Source: Setoptus koraiensis
Taxonomy: Eukaryota > Animalia > Arthropoda
NCBI GenBank assembly: GCA_048013815.1
Contig: CM106585.1
Coordinates: 7,130,001 to 7,194,000 of the forward strand
Direction: 5' to 3'
DNA length: 64,000 bases
The first letter of the stretch is position 1. Each line of letters opens with the position of its first letter. The position numbers and the translations under genes are program-made. Under the pieces are notes generated by a model, which searched no databases, was not told the origin of the DNA, and saw only the letters and a program-made list of their open reading frames with translations. Shown here one piece after another: positions 11,663 through 22,737 of the stretch.

Positions 11663-13803
11663 GCACGAAACGACTTGAAACCCATAGATAACAATCTACT
11701 AAATATGGAAGCTTGTGAATATGAAAGATCGCTATATTCTTGGTCACCTACAAGCTGATCGTCGCCATTGACTAATATGATTTTTCTAGGAAGGCACCCT
11801 ATAATTTTCGAAAATTCGCTAACGTTTAGCTGGCGACAATCGTCGATGATGACAGAGTCGAACTTAAGCTCATCGTGTTCATATTGCAATCTGATTGCGT
11901 TAGCCGAACTGCAGCAAAAAACGTCGACCCCAATCATCACTTCTCTTAAGCAACTGTCGTAGTAACCGTCCCAATAGAAGTCGCCAGCATGGATAGAATG
12001 TTTCAGCTCCAACCAAGACATGACATTCTTATTTACACCCCGATATTCGACCGGTAGCTCCTGCAGACGCTGATTTAGATGGAAAGGCTTCACCAATTGA
12101 CATCTCAAATCTCCGGGGCGGTAACACGTCACTCTAACTTTGCCCTCCGCGTGTATATTATCCGCGACAATATCTGAAGATGTACAAATCAAAATCTTGT
12201 AGACTTCATGCGATCTCGTTTTGAATAAGCTATGCGCCAGCGACTCAACAGTCTACAATCGAATGTTACTATTGGGCTCATTGATGAGCGTGAGCCTGTG
12301 AGTGAGCGAATGGGTGATCGCTTCTCGGTGGTATTCAATTACGAGTTCACAGAGATCGCTGTCATCTACTTTAGTGGATCTCAATACGTTCCTAGCCTTG
12401 AGCCTCGGAAACGCATCCATGCTGTCCAACAAGATCCCACATAAGAAACCATCTGTCATCACACGTAACGCTCGACTTGAATCGTATAGCCTGGTGTTTA
12501 TGAAGAATTTACTATGGCTGAGGTGGAAACGATCGGTTCTCATGTTTGTGGAAAATAAAGCAGTGGTCAGTTTCTCAGGTAGATTCGGGTGCGATTCCAG
12601 ACCTACCGGCCTGTCACCCCAATTAAGCAGCAAATAAATGAATGATTCATCGTATTCCTCTCCAGCGCCAAAGTCGCTCTTATGAGCGATGAAGCCTAAC
12701 CAACGGGGCTTTCGTTCCTTCGTTCGTCTTCCTTTATTCCATAAGATCAGGGGATCGCCTGGCAGCAAGTTGCGAACAAATGATGGCTTCAAGTGGTCCA
12801 CACTGATTTTAGCATAGTAGGACGGTCGGCCACGAGCACCTTTTATCGGCTCTGATGTCAATGGTCCATATGTTACTGGCACGGCTCTTGGTTGCAACTC
12901 AATCTTTCTGGATTTCCTATAGCGCCGATACAGTGCCCTCAGTTGGTAATTTTTCTTAGATTCTCCACCTGAATAGTTCTCGACCGTCTCACTGCTATCA
13001 TGATGATATTTGAAGATGTGTGCATTTATGGGCAATGTAGCAGATTCAGGGTCGAGGCCGTTTATTTGTTTTAGTTTGGGGAATTTACTTATTATTTCAG
13101 CAATATAATTTACATGAAAATATTGGAATTTGATGGACAAATACTCCAAATTTGGACAAGATTGGTACATAAATTTCATATTTTCAAGGTATTTACCAAC
13201 TATTGTCACAAATGATTTTAGACTGTAAACTCCAGAAGGATTCTGAATGTAAGCACGCTTCAAGTAAGGAGCCTCATCTTCTGGCTTCACGTAGTAAAAG
13301 GTATTTCTCAAACTGAGATGCAACAACCTATCCCGGCAGATATCCATAACTTGTGTTAGTTCCTCAAAGTCCTCCAATATCATATTATCCAATGTTAGTG
13401 CTGTTATTTTGACACATTTGCTGGCAATTGAAGTGAGCTCGCCATAAGCAATTGACACTCCAGTAAGATCTAAATGGGTTAAGTTGATTAAATTGTCCGA
13501 TATGATGCAATGCATACCTGACCTAATTCGCTTGATGACATTGATCTTTTTCATATTACAAAAGCTAGCCTGCGTTATCTGAGGTATCTTCTTGAATAGT
13601 GGCTCCATAGTTTCCAGATCAATCGATCGGGACTCATGGTGATCTAACGACAAACTCGTGAGGCGCTGGTAGGAATCATTGACCACTCGATTGAGGCTTT
13701 TACACACTCTGGCTAGATTGCCGCGATCAGTGAGAGTCTGTAGATGATTTATGATACAAAACCAGATATCGTCTGGCAATTTACTGTAATCAAATTCTTC
13801 CAT
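11659..13803 (-). pseudogene. F-box/LRR/UPF1-like gene copy 2, interrupted by one premature stop
   Basis: ORFs 12253-13803 and 11659-12192 are in the same frame. TAG at 12253-12255 corresponds to TCG (Ser) at 9536-9538 in copy 1, and the downstream frame is intact to the shared stop. Confidence 0.8.
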
Positions 13804-14094
13804 TTTCGTGTAAAGAAATTCACAGAAGCTCTGGGTTGATTACAGAGACGCCTTACTCTAATGCCTTCGAAGTTCATTCTAGCTGGTAGTTTATTGGTTG
13901 TCGTTTCGGATATATACGAGTGACTCATAGAGCGGAAATTTTTGCGTTGCGGGTGGTGGCATTCGTTTCCAGTCTATGCATCGAAAAACCAATGCGGGAG
14001 GCCTGGTGTTTTGCCACCGGCGCAAAATTTTCATTTCTGTCTATGGAAGAGAGCAAAGTTTTGTGAAATAGTACGTGAGGTTAGGAATAGGCCC

Positions 14095-14381
14095 TACTTT
14101 GTTGTTGTAGTCCACTAAATCTAACAAGAAATTCTACCTATGTGTTTAACTACCCTTGAGTTCTCAACAGGTTGAGCTAAACTGAAAAAAAACTTCTCGG
14201 ATCACTCGATATGTTGAGGCAAGCTGGCGAAAACTATGGGCCTGGCCTCATTGATTAGACCTTCAAACAAAATATTTCATTGGAAAAATCTAAGAAATTT
14301 AATTAAACACCATAGAACAAGAGAACAACCAAAGAGATACAAGAACAGCAATGTTTTGCAGCAGTTTTCATGTATAATCAT
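14095..14381. repeat. Near-identical spacer segment of the F-box tandem array (copy at 11376-11662)
   Basis: Direct repeat of 11376-11662 at an offset of about 2.72 kb. Confidence 0.85.
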
Positions 14382-16492
14382 GTACGAAACGACTTGAAAC
14401 CCATAGATAACAATCTGTCATATATGGAAGCTTGTGAAAGATTGTGTGTCATTCCCGCCTCGCTCTTTTCATAGACATCTACAAGCTGATCCTTGCTATT
14501 GACTAATATGATTCTTCTAGGGAGGTATCTGCTAATTTTCAGAAATTCGCTAACGTTAAGCTGGCTACAATCGTCGATAATCATCGAGTCAAACTTCAGC
14601 TTGTGGTGGTCACGATGCAATCTGACTGCGCCAATCAAACTGCAGCACAAAACCTGGACGCTGTCCATCGCTCTTCTCGAGCATTTGTAGTAATACTCTC
14701 TCCAAGCATCTGATGTGGCATCATCGAAATGTAAATCCTCTAGCCTAGATATGACATTCGTATCTACACCCGGAAATTCGAAAGTTAGCTCCTGCAGACG
14801 CTGATCTAGATGGAAAGGCTTCACCAATTGACAACCTATGTCACCGGGACGGTAACTTGCTACTCTTACTTTGCCCATCTCGTCTATTTTTTCCGCTGCG
14901 ATATCTGAAGATGTACAAATCAAAATCTTATAGTATTCATGAGATCTTGTTTTGAATAAGTAATACGCGAGCGACTCAACAATCGACAATCGAATATTAC
15001 TATCGGGCTCTGTGATGAGCGTAAGCCTGTGAGTTAGTGAATGGGTGATCGCGTCTCTGTGGTATTCATTAACAAGTTCACAGAGATCGCTGTCATCTAT
15101 TTTAGTGGATCTCAGTTTGTTCCTAGCCTCGAGCCTCGGAAACGCATCCATGCCGTCCAACAAGATCCCACATAAGAAGCTATCTGTCAATACGCGTAAT
15201 GCTTGAATTGAATCATCTGGTCTATTGGACAAAGCTTTCTTGAGTTCGAGATGCATGAGATGGAAATGGTCGGTCTTCATGTTTGTCGAAAATAAAGCAG
15301 TGGTCAGTTTATCGGGTAGACCTTCCGGTCTACCATAGTTATTAAGTAGCAAATATATGAAGGATTCATCGTATTCCTCTCCAACGCGAAAGTCGCTCTC
15401 AGAGAGGACAAATCCGTTCAAATTGACTCTTCTTCGGTAATTATATAAGTCCAGATAATCGCCTGGCAAAAGGTTACGAATAAATGATGGGTTCAAGCAA
15501 TCTACACTTATTCTGGCATAATAGGCAGGCGGCCAGACATCTATGGTTTCTGATATGACTGGTCCATAAGTTATTGGCACGGCATCTTGTTGGCACTCAG
15601 TCTTTGTGGATTTCCGATAGTATCGATATAATGCCATGATTTGGTCAATTTTCTCAATTTCTTCACTTGAACGATAGTCGTAAGTGGCACTTGCATCATA
15701 GAATTGAGTGAATATGTGTGCATTCGAGAGAAACGTAGCAGATACAGGATCAAGGCCGTTTATTTGTTTTAGTTTGGGGCATTTACTTATTATTTTAGGA
15801 ACTTCGCTAGAAGCATAATCGGCCAGATCTTCGTGTTTGAATTTGATAGACAAATACTCTAAATTTGGACAAGATTTCACGAATTCCATTGTTTCATCTA
15901 AGCTAACGGTTATCTCTAACGATTCAAGACTGTAAACTCCAGAGGGCTCAATATAAACATCGTACAAGGAGTCAAAACTGTAGTAAGAGGTATTTCTCAA
16001 ACTGAGGTGCAACAACCTATCCCGGCAGATATCCATAACTTGTGTTAGTTCCGAAACGTCCTCCAATATCATATTTTCCAATGTTAGTGCTATTATTTTG
16101 ACACATTTGCTGACAATTGAAGTGAGCTCGCCGTGGGCGATTGGCACCCTAGTAAGATTTAAATTGGTTATGTTGGTGCAGTTGTCAGATATGACACAAT
16201 GCATACCCGGTCCAATCCTCTTGATGACGTTGATCTTTTTCATATTACAAAAGCTAGCATGCTTTATCTTAGGTATCTTCCTGAATAGTGGCTCCATAGT
16301 TTCTAGATCGAGCGATCTGGGCCTGTGGTGATCAAACGACAAACTCTTGAGACGTCGGTAAGAATCATCGACTAATCGATTGAGGCTTTTACACACTCTG
16401 GCTAGGCTACCTCGATCAGTGAGAGTCTGTAGGTGATTTATGATACAGAACCAGATATCGTCTGGCAATTCGCTATAATCAAATTCTTCCAT
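14378..16492 (-). CDS. F-box/LRR protein fused to a degenerate UPF1-like helicase half, copy 3 (704 aa, most divergent)
   Basis: Same architecture: LPDDIWFCIINHL F-box, LRRs, ILICTSSDIAAEKI, FDSMIIDDCSQ, NLSQASIYDRLLSMG. Confidence 0.8.
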   Translation of the reverse strand: MEEFDYSELPDDIWFCIINHLQTLTDRGSLARVCKSLNRLVDDSYRRLKSLSFDHHRPRSLDLETMEPLFRKIPKIKHASFCNMKKINVIKRIGPGMHCVISDNCTNITNLNLTRVPIAHGELTSIVSKCVKIIALTLENMILEDVSELTQVMDICRDRLLHLSLRNTSYYSFDSLYDVYIEPSGVYSLESLEITVSLDETMEFVKSCPNLEYLSIKFKHEDLADYASSEVPKIISKCPKLKQINGLDPVSATFLSNAHIFTQFYDASATYDYRSSEEIEKIDQIMALYRYYRKSTKTECQQDAVPITYGPVISETIDVWPPAYYARISVDCLNPSFIRNLLPGDYLDLYNYRRRVNLNGFVLSESDFRVGEEYDESFIYLLLNNYGRPEGLPDKLTTALFSTNMKTDHFHLMHLELKKALSNRPDDSIQALRVLTDSFLCGILLDGMDAFPRLEARNKLRSTKIDDSDLCELVNEYHRDAITHSLTHRLTLITEPDSNIRLSIVESLAYYLFKTRSHEYYKILICTSSDIAAEKIDEMGKVRVASYRPGDIGCQLVKPFHLDQRLQELTFEFPGVDTNVISRLEDLHFDDATSDAWREYYYKCSRRAMDSVQVLCCSLIGAVRLHRDHHKLKFDSMIIDDCSQLNVSEFLKISRYLPRRIILVNSKDQLVDVYEKSEAGMTHNLSQASIYDRLLSMGFKSFRT

Positions 16493-17168
16493 TTCCGTGT
16501 GTAGAAATTCATGGATTCTCTAGTTGAATTATAACTCTAATACCGTGGCAAGAAACCTTCACTACTTAAGTTGGTAGTTCGGTGGTTGTAAATTTTTCTT
16601 ATTATTTGTCCTTTTATATTTCCAGCATCTCCCAGCGGCTCTCTCGTGCATAAGATCTCCCTGAATGAGATGCCTCCCATTAGAGCAGCCTACAAGTACC
16701 AGAGATAAGAGCACATAGATCCGCACCATAAACAAGTGGTTCCGGAGGGTCAAATGCAAAGAGAGAGTGAGCAAACCAAATGTAATTCAAATGTAATGCA
16801 GCAGGGGGTGGCATTCGGTTTCAGCCGACATACAACGAAAAACTGATCCGGGAGCCGGGCGGGTCGGCACTGGCAAAAATTGTTCGCATTTTTGCCTATG
16901 GAAAAGAGCAAAATTTGTTGCATTAGTACCTGAGGTTTGGTAGCTACTTTGTTGCTACATGATACAATTAATATGCAAATGCGGCTTATCTCTAATTTGT
17001 TGCATGTTTGCAACCAATGCAAATGTTTCATCAGATTTAATACGAGATTGGAATTCCTATCAGCCGATCTATGGCGAAAACATCATTGCTTGCATGATGG
17101 TGATGTATTCATGCATGTAGGCATGAGCGATAAGAAATAAACTAGCCTGACGAATCATGAGCATTCGC

Positions 17169-17216
17169 GAGCGACGTCTGCAGCACGAATTCCAAACTAC
17201 GCGTGTCTTTGTTTTT
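17169..17216 (+). promoter_or_regulatory. Upstream element conserved between the two ubinuclein-like paralogs
   Basis: GAGCGACGTCTGCAG...ACTACGCGTGTCTTTGTTTTT matches the reverse complement of 5446-5492. Confidence 0.5.
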
Positions 17217-17364
17217 GTTGTGTCTCTCGACCAATGATAACAATGAGATCAAAATTAATTTGCCTGCCTACTAGAGATATTCATTATATACATGTATCAT
17301 TTTATTTTGTTCATCTTTGATCAATTATCAGATAAATTTTAACCAACCACTTTTAGCCAACAAA

Positions 17365-18315
17365 ATGGATAATCAACAATCAGGCAAGTCGAATAGCATC
17401 AAGAAAACAATACGTTATACTGTAGACCTCAAACAGAATGGAGGCGAGTTTTGTTATGCTGATATCGTCGAATCAAAAGGTGTCAAGAGGCGCATGGAAC
17501 GCATTTATGAGGATCACATCGACAAAGGAAGCGGTTATGATCTCAAAGATCCATTTATAGATAATGACGAGGCATACGATGAATTGGTACCGTCAACATT
17601 GACCACAAAATATGGCGGCTTCTACATCAATACGGGCAAACTTGAATTTAGACCCTTGTCTAGAGAGGAAAATGCTGAAAATGAGCCAAACAGAAAGAAA
17701 AAGAAACAGGCAGTAACTCAGTCGCAGGCGATCCATTCGACACCTTCGTCAAACTCACAAGTAACAATAATCAGCCACAAGCCTCCGTCGTCACTGGCCG
17801 TAGCAGGCACTCAAGATACCAATGTTACGGTCGGTCAAGCTACTCCTGCCCAACCAAGGCAACCTAAACAGCAGCAGCAACAACATCAACAACAGCCACA
17901 GCTTCAGTTACAATCACAGCCAAAACAGCAGCAGTCGAAACAACGGGAACAACATCAGCCTCAACACCAACAACAAATGCCCATGCATAATACCTCGACA
18001 CCCCTCACGAAACCTCAACAAATGGCCCACAATAGCTACACAAATGTCAATCGTGGCCCTCAGCAGCAAACTAGAGTTTCTCAGAATCTACCATTATCAA
18101 ATCCACCTCCTTATACTAGTCAATCAAGAGCAAACCCTCGTCCGATTTTGAATCCTCCACCGAGGGCAAGGCCGATTACAAGTCCTGTGAGTACGCCATC
18201 GCAGGGTTTCGATATTGCGAGTTTTCTCAACACTTCGCCTCAATTGAATCTATTAGCGCAGTTCATGAGACAGCAACAAAAAAATATTGGACAGACACGA
18301 GGACCTTTCGGCTAG
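17365..18315 (+). CDS. Ubinuclein/yemanuclein-like protein, copy B (inverted paralog of copy A)
   Basis: HRD motif identical to copy A and a short Q tract. First ATG (MDNQQ) is at 17365; the track start is TTG. Confidence 0.85.
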   Translation: MDNQQSGKSNSIKKTIRYTVDLKQNGGEFCYADIVESKGVKRRMERIYEDHIDKGSGYDLKDPFIDNDEAYDELVPSTLTTKYGGFYINTGKLEFRPLSREENAENEPNRKKKKQAVTQSQAIHSTPSSNSQVTIISHKPPSSLAVAGTQDTNVTVGQATPAQPRQPKQQQQQHQQQPQLQLQSQPKQQQSKQREQHQPQHQQQMPMHNTSTPLTKPQQMAHNSYTNVNRGPQQQTRVSQNLPLSNPPPYTSQSRANPRPILNPPPRARPITSPVSTPSQGFDIASFLNTSPQLNLLAQFMRQQQKNIGQTRGPFG

Positions 18316-21300
18316 CCATTCGGTGGAAAGAAGAAAAAGAAAATATAATAACAACAATTATCTATGCAAACCATATCCGCTTGTTGTAGGTCTGACAGCA
18401 ATTGAATCGTTGGACAGACTCTCTCAAGTATTTTTGTTCTTGTTATTTTCTCTTTCTGTCTAATAATAGTTTACCTAATTATCATTATGATTGTGATCAA
18501 TAGCCTCGCGCCAGTACCATTGGTAGCGCCACAATAGATTCTGGGAGTAGGTTGTTTTTTTTTTCTTTTTCTTTCCATTTCTAGTGTGGTGTTTGTCAGA
18601 GTCGGAAAAGCAACATCGCCAAATAGTGCAGCGAGGTGCAATGATTGTTATTGCTTTTGTAATCAACTTTTGCAGTTGCGTGAGCCGACTCCGTCGGTCG
18701 ATTTTACTGTACTTATGTTATGAGGCAATGAGGCAGAAGAAGGAGAGAGAATCGCTAATGGTAGCGGCATGAACTTGTTTTCGAAGTGGTAAGAAGAAAG
18801 GCAAATACAACCTGTTTCGTGTGGCGCTGAGAAAGCGGAGAAAAAGAAAGTGGTCTCGATTAGAGAGGCCAGCCAGTGTACCGTCAATTCAAACTTATTT
18901 CCATACATAGGTAAGCCGATGAACCAGTTGCCATTGCCGCTAACATGTGTGTACAATGATGTGATGACCTAAAGATGAAGATCTTGTTCCGTTATAAGCG
19001 TTACAATAATAATAGTGGTAATAAAAAGGCAACGACGCAAACGCCGGTGATTTAATGCCAACCGATGATGACTCAAGATTGTGTTTGAGGCTCGGTGAAC
19101 GGACTTGAGTCGGCGGTTATCATCATGAATGGGCATGAAACGGCTATTCTACTGGTCAGTTGTTTCAGCCGGCCATGTTAGTCGCATATTGGCTCTTCCA
19201 TTAAAGATGAAATGGGAGTGGAAACGGGCAGCCAGAAAAAAATAATAATCATCATCATCGTCATCAGCGGCAAGTGGTGCAAGTGTCACTTGAGACGACG
19301 CTGAATTAATGAAAATTCGATTGCCCCCAGGCTGTTTGGCGGCGTTGTGACCGGAAGTAAGAAGGTAAGCGAGCAGTGTCCATTGGAACTTTCGTTTTTA
19401 AAAGTTCCGTTTAACAGGATTGGTTTGGTTCGGTGTGGAAGTGAGTGAGAGATACAGATAGAAGCAATCATAGATTCACGACACACCGGGCCTAGAGCTG
19501 GCCGATTAACGGCCAGCAGACGGCAAACGGCAAACAAAAGCAATACAAACAACTGTCATACTGTACAAACGGGGCAAGCGTGCAAACGACAAGCATGAGA
19601 TAGTTGATTCATTTAAATTCATCCTGACGGTTGTATCGGCGATTGCGTTGTTGTTGGCCGGCGTACATGATCGAAGGTGGCTGCCGTTATCTCTGGTCGC
19701 TAGTCGCTGGTTGAGCCTCTTTAAAACGACGACGACAACGAGGCTGGGTTGTGTGACGTCATACGACAACGACGATGAAACAATCAGAGCGGCGGTGGTA
19801 AAAAACTAATGCGCACACAATGAAGAAAAGCAATCGATCTCATTGATTAAGGATAGTGGTTGTTTGTTGTTGTTGTTTTGCTCGCTTGCAACGATCTATC
19901 GGGATCATCAGCTATATATACAGGCTATATGTACATGTTGAGCTCGGTAGAAGCCACCACAAAATGGCTGGCATCTTCTCAGCATTAGTGTACAGGTGAC
20001 GTTATTAGATTAGTTCTAGTTTGAAAGTGGATTCAAGTGAACAAGCACACTGATGATGCAATACATGCACTAACTAAAAATAGTGGCCAGCGCGCCGGCC
20101 AATAGCTGGCACAACAAATGGCAAGCAAACAACTGCAAATGGCTAATAGCAAACAACAACAACAACAAATGGCTAATAGCAACCAACAACAACAAATGGC
20201 GCGCCGAGTGCGGCAAATACGGCAAACAGCAAATTGAATGGATGCTAGAGCGGTTTGCAATTGTTAAAAAGTTTGCTAGTTGAGTCACACACAGTTTGTT
20301 GTTGGCAAGCTAGCGGAGGGAAATTATCAACAACAACAACAAGACGCGATGATTGACAGTCGCTCGATGGCGCGCATGACGATACCATTAGGCCGGCGAT
20401 GACGGCAACCGCAATGACAATGGCAGCCATTGAACAATGATGTTGCACCAACACGGTATATATAACATAATCATACAAGTGGTTGCTGGGCCATCATCAC
20501 TAATCATCGTGGCCACTTGCTCACTCATGGCTGCTATCTCATGGCGCCATCTTGGCCGTGCCGTGTGGCCCGCTGGCCGCCGGCTGCTGGCCGCTGGCCA
20601 CTGGCAAGCTAGCGAATCAATATATGACTGCTGGCTACACTATAACTGTACACTGGGCACTTGTTAGCAATGGGTCGTCGTTGTTACACTTGAATTGCAT
20701 CATGATGAGCGCTGCTGATGCAACCGCTGTGGACAACAACATCATGAGCCGATTTGAGCCACAAGTCGACAGAGGAAGCCGCTGATGGTGGCGCCGCCGC
20801 TTGTGAGCCAACGCATCGCTGAATCGGCCCAATCCCAATCGCCATCAGCTGACTTCTTCGCTGGCAAGCCAGCGAACCAGCCCAAAGTTGGTGGCGGCCA
20901 GCGGTAGGCGAATTGCATGGCTGCCTCATACTTTGTATCCAGGCTACTATATATTTATGGCGTATATTTGATACGACGACGACGACGACCACGGCGGCGG
21001 CCTGGCCAGTGGTCGCCGTCGTCGTGCTGGCGGGTTCGCGCAGCCGCAGGTGATTGCGATGGTGCGGCGCCAGCAGTCGAGCCGTGTCTCCCGCGACCGA
21101 CTGTCCGGCGCCCGGGCAACACACGGCTTCCACTTGGCTCGCCGGGCAGCGCCGAGCAGTTGCGCAATGCTCGAGCACGGCCCGACAACGGCCGCTCGCA
21201 TAATTGATGCGGGATACATGCTCGACGGCTCCATTAATCTGGCCGGCCCTGCAACAGCGCCCGCAAACAGGCAACAACCAGCAACAACCACACCAACTGC

Positions 21301-22652
21301 GCTCGCACGGCACTTTTCCTCCGCTCTCCGGGCCGCCCGATCTTCCGCTGGCCGCCCAATCTTCCGCTGGCCGCAGGCCCGAGCGGGCTTCCTTGTCGGA
21401 CACGCCCCCATTGGCGTACTCACCTGTCGAAGGTGCCATTATGGCATTGTGCCGTATGGATCGGCGCGGATCGTTGTGCGCCAACATTTAACAGATAATC
21501 GCCCGCAATAACATGAGCATTCGTTGTTTTGGTTGTTTTTGGCGTCCGCCAGTTGAGCTGCCATCGGGCGTTTATTATGACACAAACGGCGAGCCGATAT
21601 TGTTATCATTTGACCGACCGATCCATCACCGATGCACCGGCTCCTGCGACGGCAATCTTGCGATTATGACGCCATGGCTCGCAGCGTCGAGACAGCGTCG
21701 TGGCGTTACAAGACGAGCGACACATAGTGTCCATAAATGGCCAGCTCCGTTTGTGGCAATTTGTGCCTCTTGCTGCCACTTGTGTGTTGCGCAATCGATC
21801 GACGGAGACTCCCACGGCACACTGGCCAGACGGGCTCACCTTGAGCGGCCCGTTGTGAGCCGGCGCGGCCAGTTACGACGGTCGCGGCCGGCTGCTGTGG
21901 CCGTGCAAATGGTGCGGAGAAGCAGCAAAAAGGAGATAGGCAATGGTATTGTTGATAGTTTTGTTGTGCGCACTCGCCGCCATTTGCCAAGTCGGCCACT
22001 TGTTGCGCTCGCTTGCCAACCGAACGCAACAGCGCAGCGCAACACCAAAAATAACCGCAACGGGCCAAATATCCGCCGGCCAATATTGTTGCCGCGTCGA
22101 GCCATGTATCATGTATAACAATATCGGGCAGCCATTGTGCGCCGTGTGTCCGTTTCACGTCAATCGATCGGCCTAGGCAAATTGATGGCGCTTGTCTAGC
22201 GGTGCGTTTGCGGTGGCGCTCGTTTTATATCGGGCTCGTTTTATGCACACAAATTACAGGTAGACTTGGCAGGCTTCTCACACACAAGCGAGCGGCCACA
22301 AACCGAAAAGCAAGATGCAAACGAGTAATTGTATGCACGCCGATGAGTGCCATTCAAAAATATGTTGCGATTGATTTCCCAATTGGACAGTTCCCGAACC
22401 GGCAAGCCGGCAAACCGGCGCCAATGCGCAACAAGTGAACCGACCTGACCGAGCGAATTGCGGGCCAGCGGCAACGGTCTTGCCAGAAGCCATTCATCAA
22501 TAACAATGGCTGCGTTGTTATTGTATTGTGTTGCCGGGTCGCACCGCGAGCGGACGGTAACAGCGCCACTGCGCCGCCAGATTGGCCAAACTCCGGCGCT
22601 CGCCAACCGGGCCGCCTCCGCAACCATGCAACCGCGCACCAGTCCGCCACTC

Positions 22653-22737
22653 TACCTGTGCTCCCCTCACCTGTCCTCCCTTCGCCTGTGCTCCCTTCAC
22701 CTGTGCTCCCTTCACCTGTGCTGCGTGTACCTGTGCG
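22653..22737. repeat. 15-bp-period tandem repeat containing CACCTG/TACCTG cores
   Basis: Units start at 22653, 22668, 22683, 22698, 22713 and 22728; consensus CACCTGTGCTCCCTT. Confidence 0.85.

Noticed and set aside
11075-16492. CRISPR-like or transposon interpretation of the repeated array
   Set aside because: The repeats are whole-gene tandem duplicates in a eukaryotic context; no transposase, terminal repeats, target-site duplications or repeat-spacer structure were seen.
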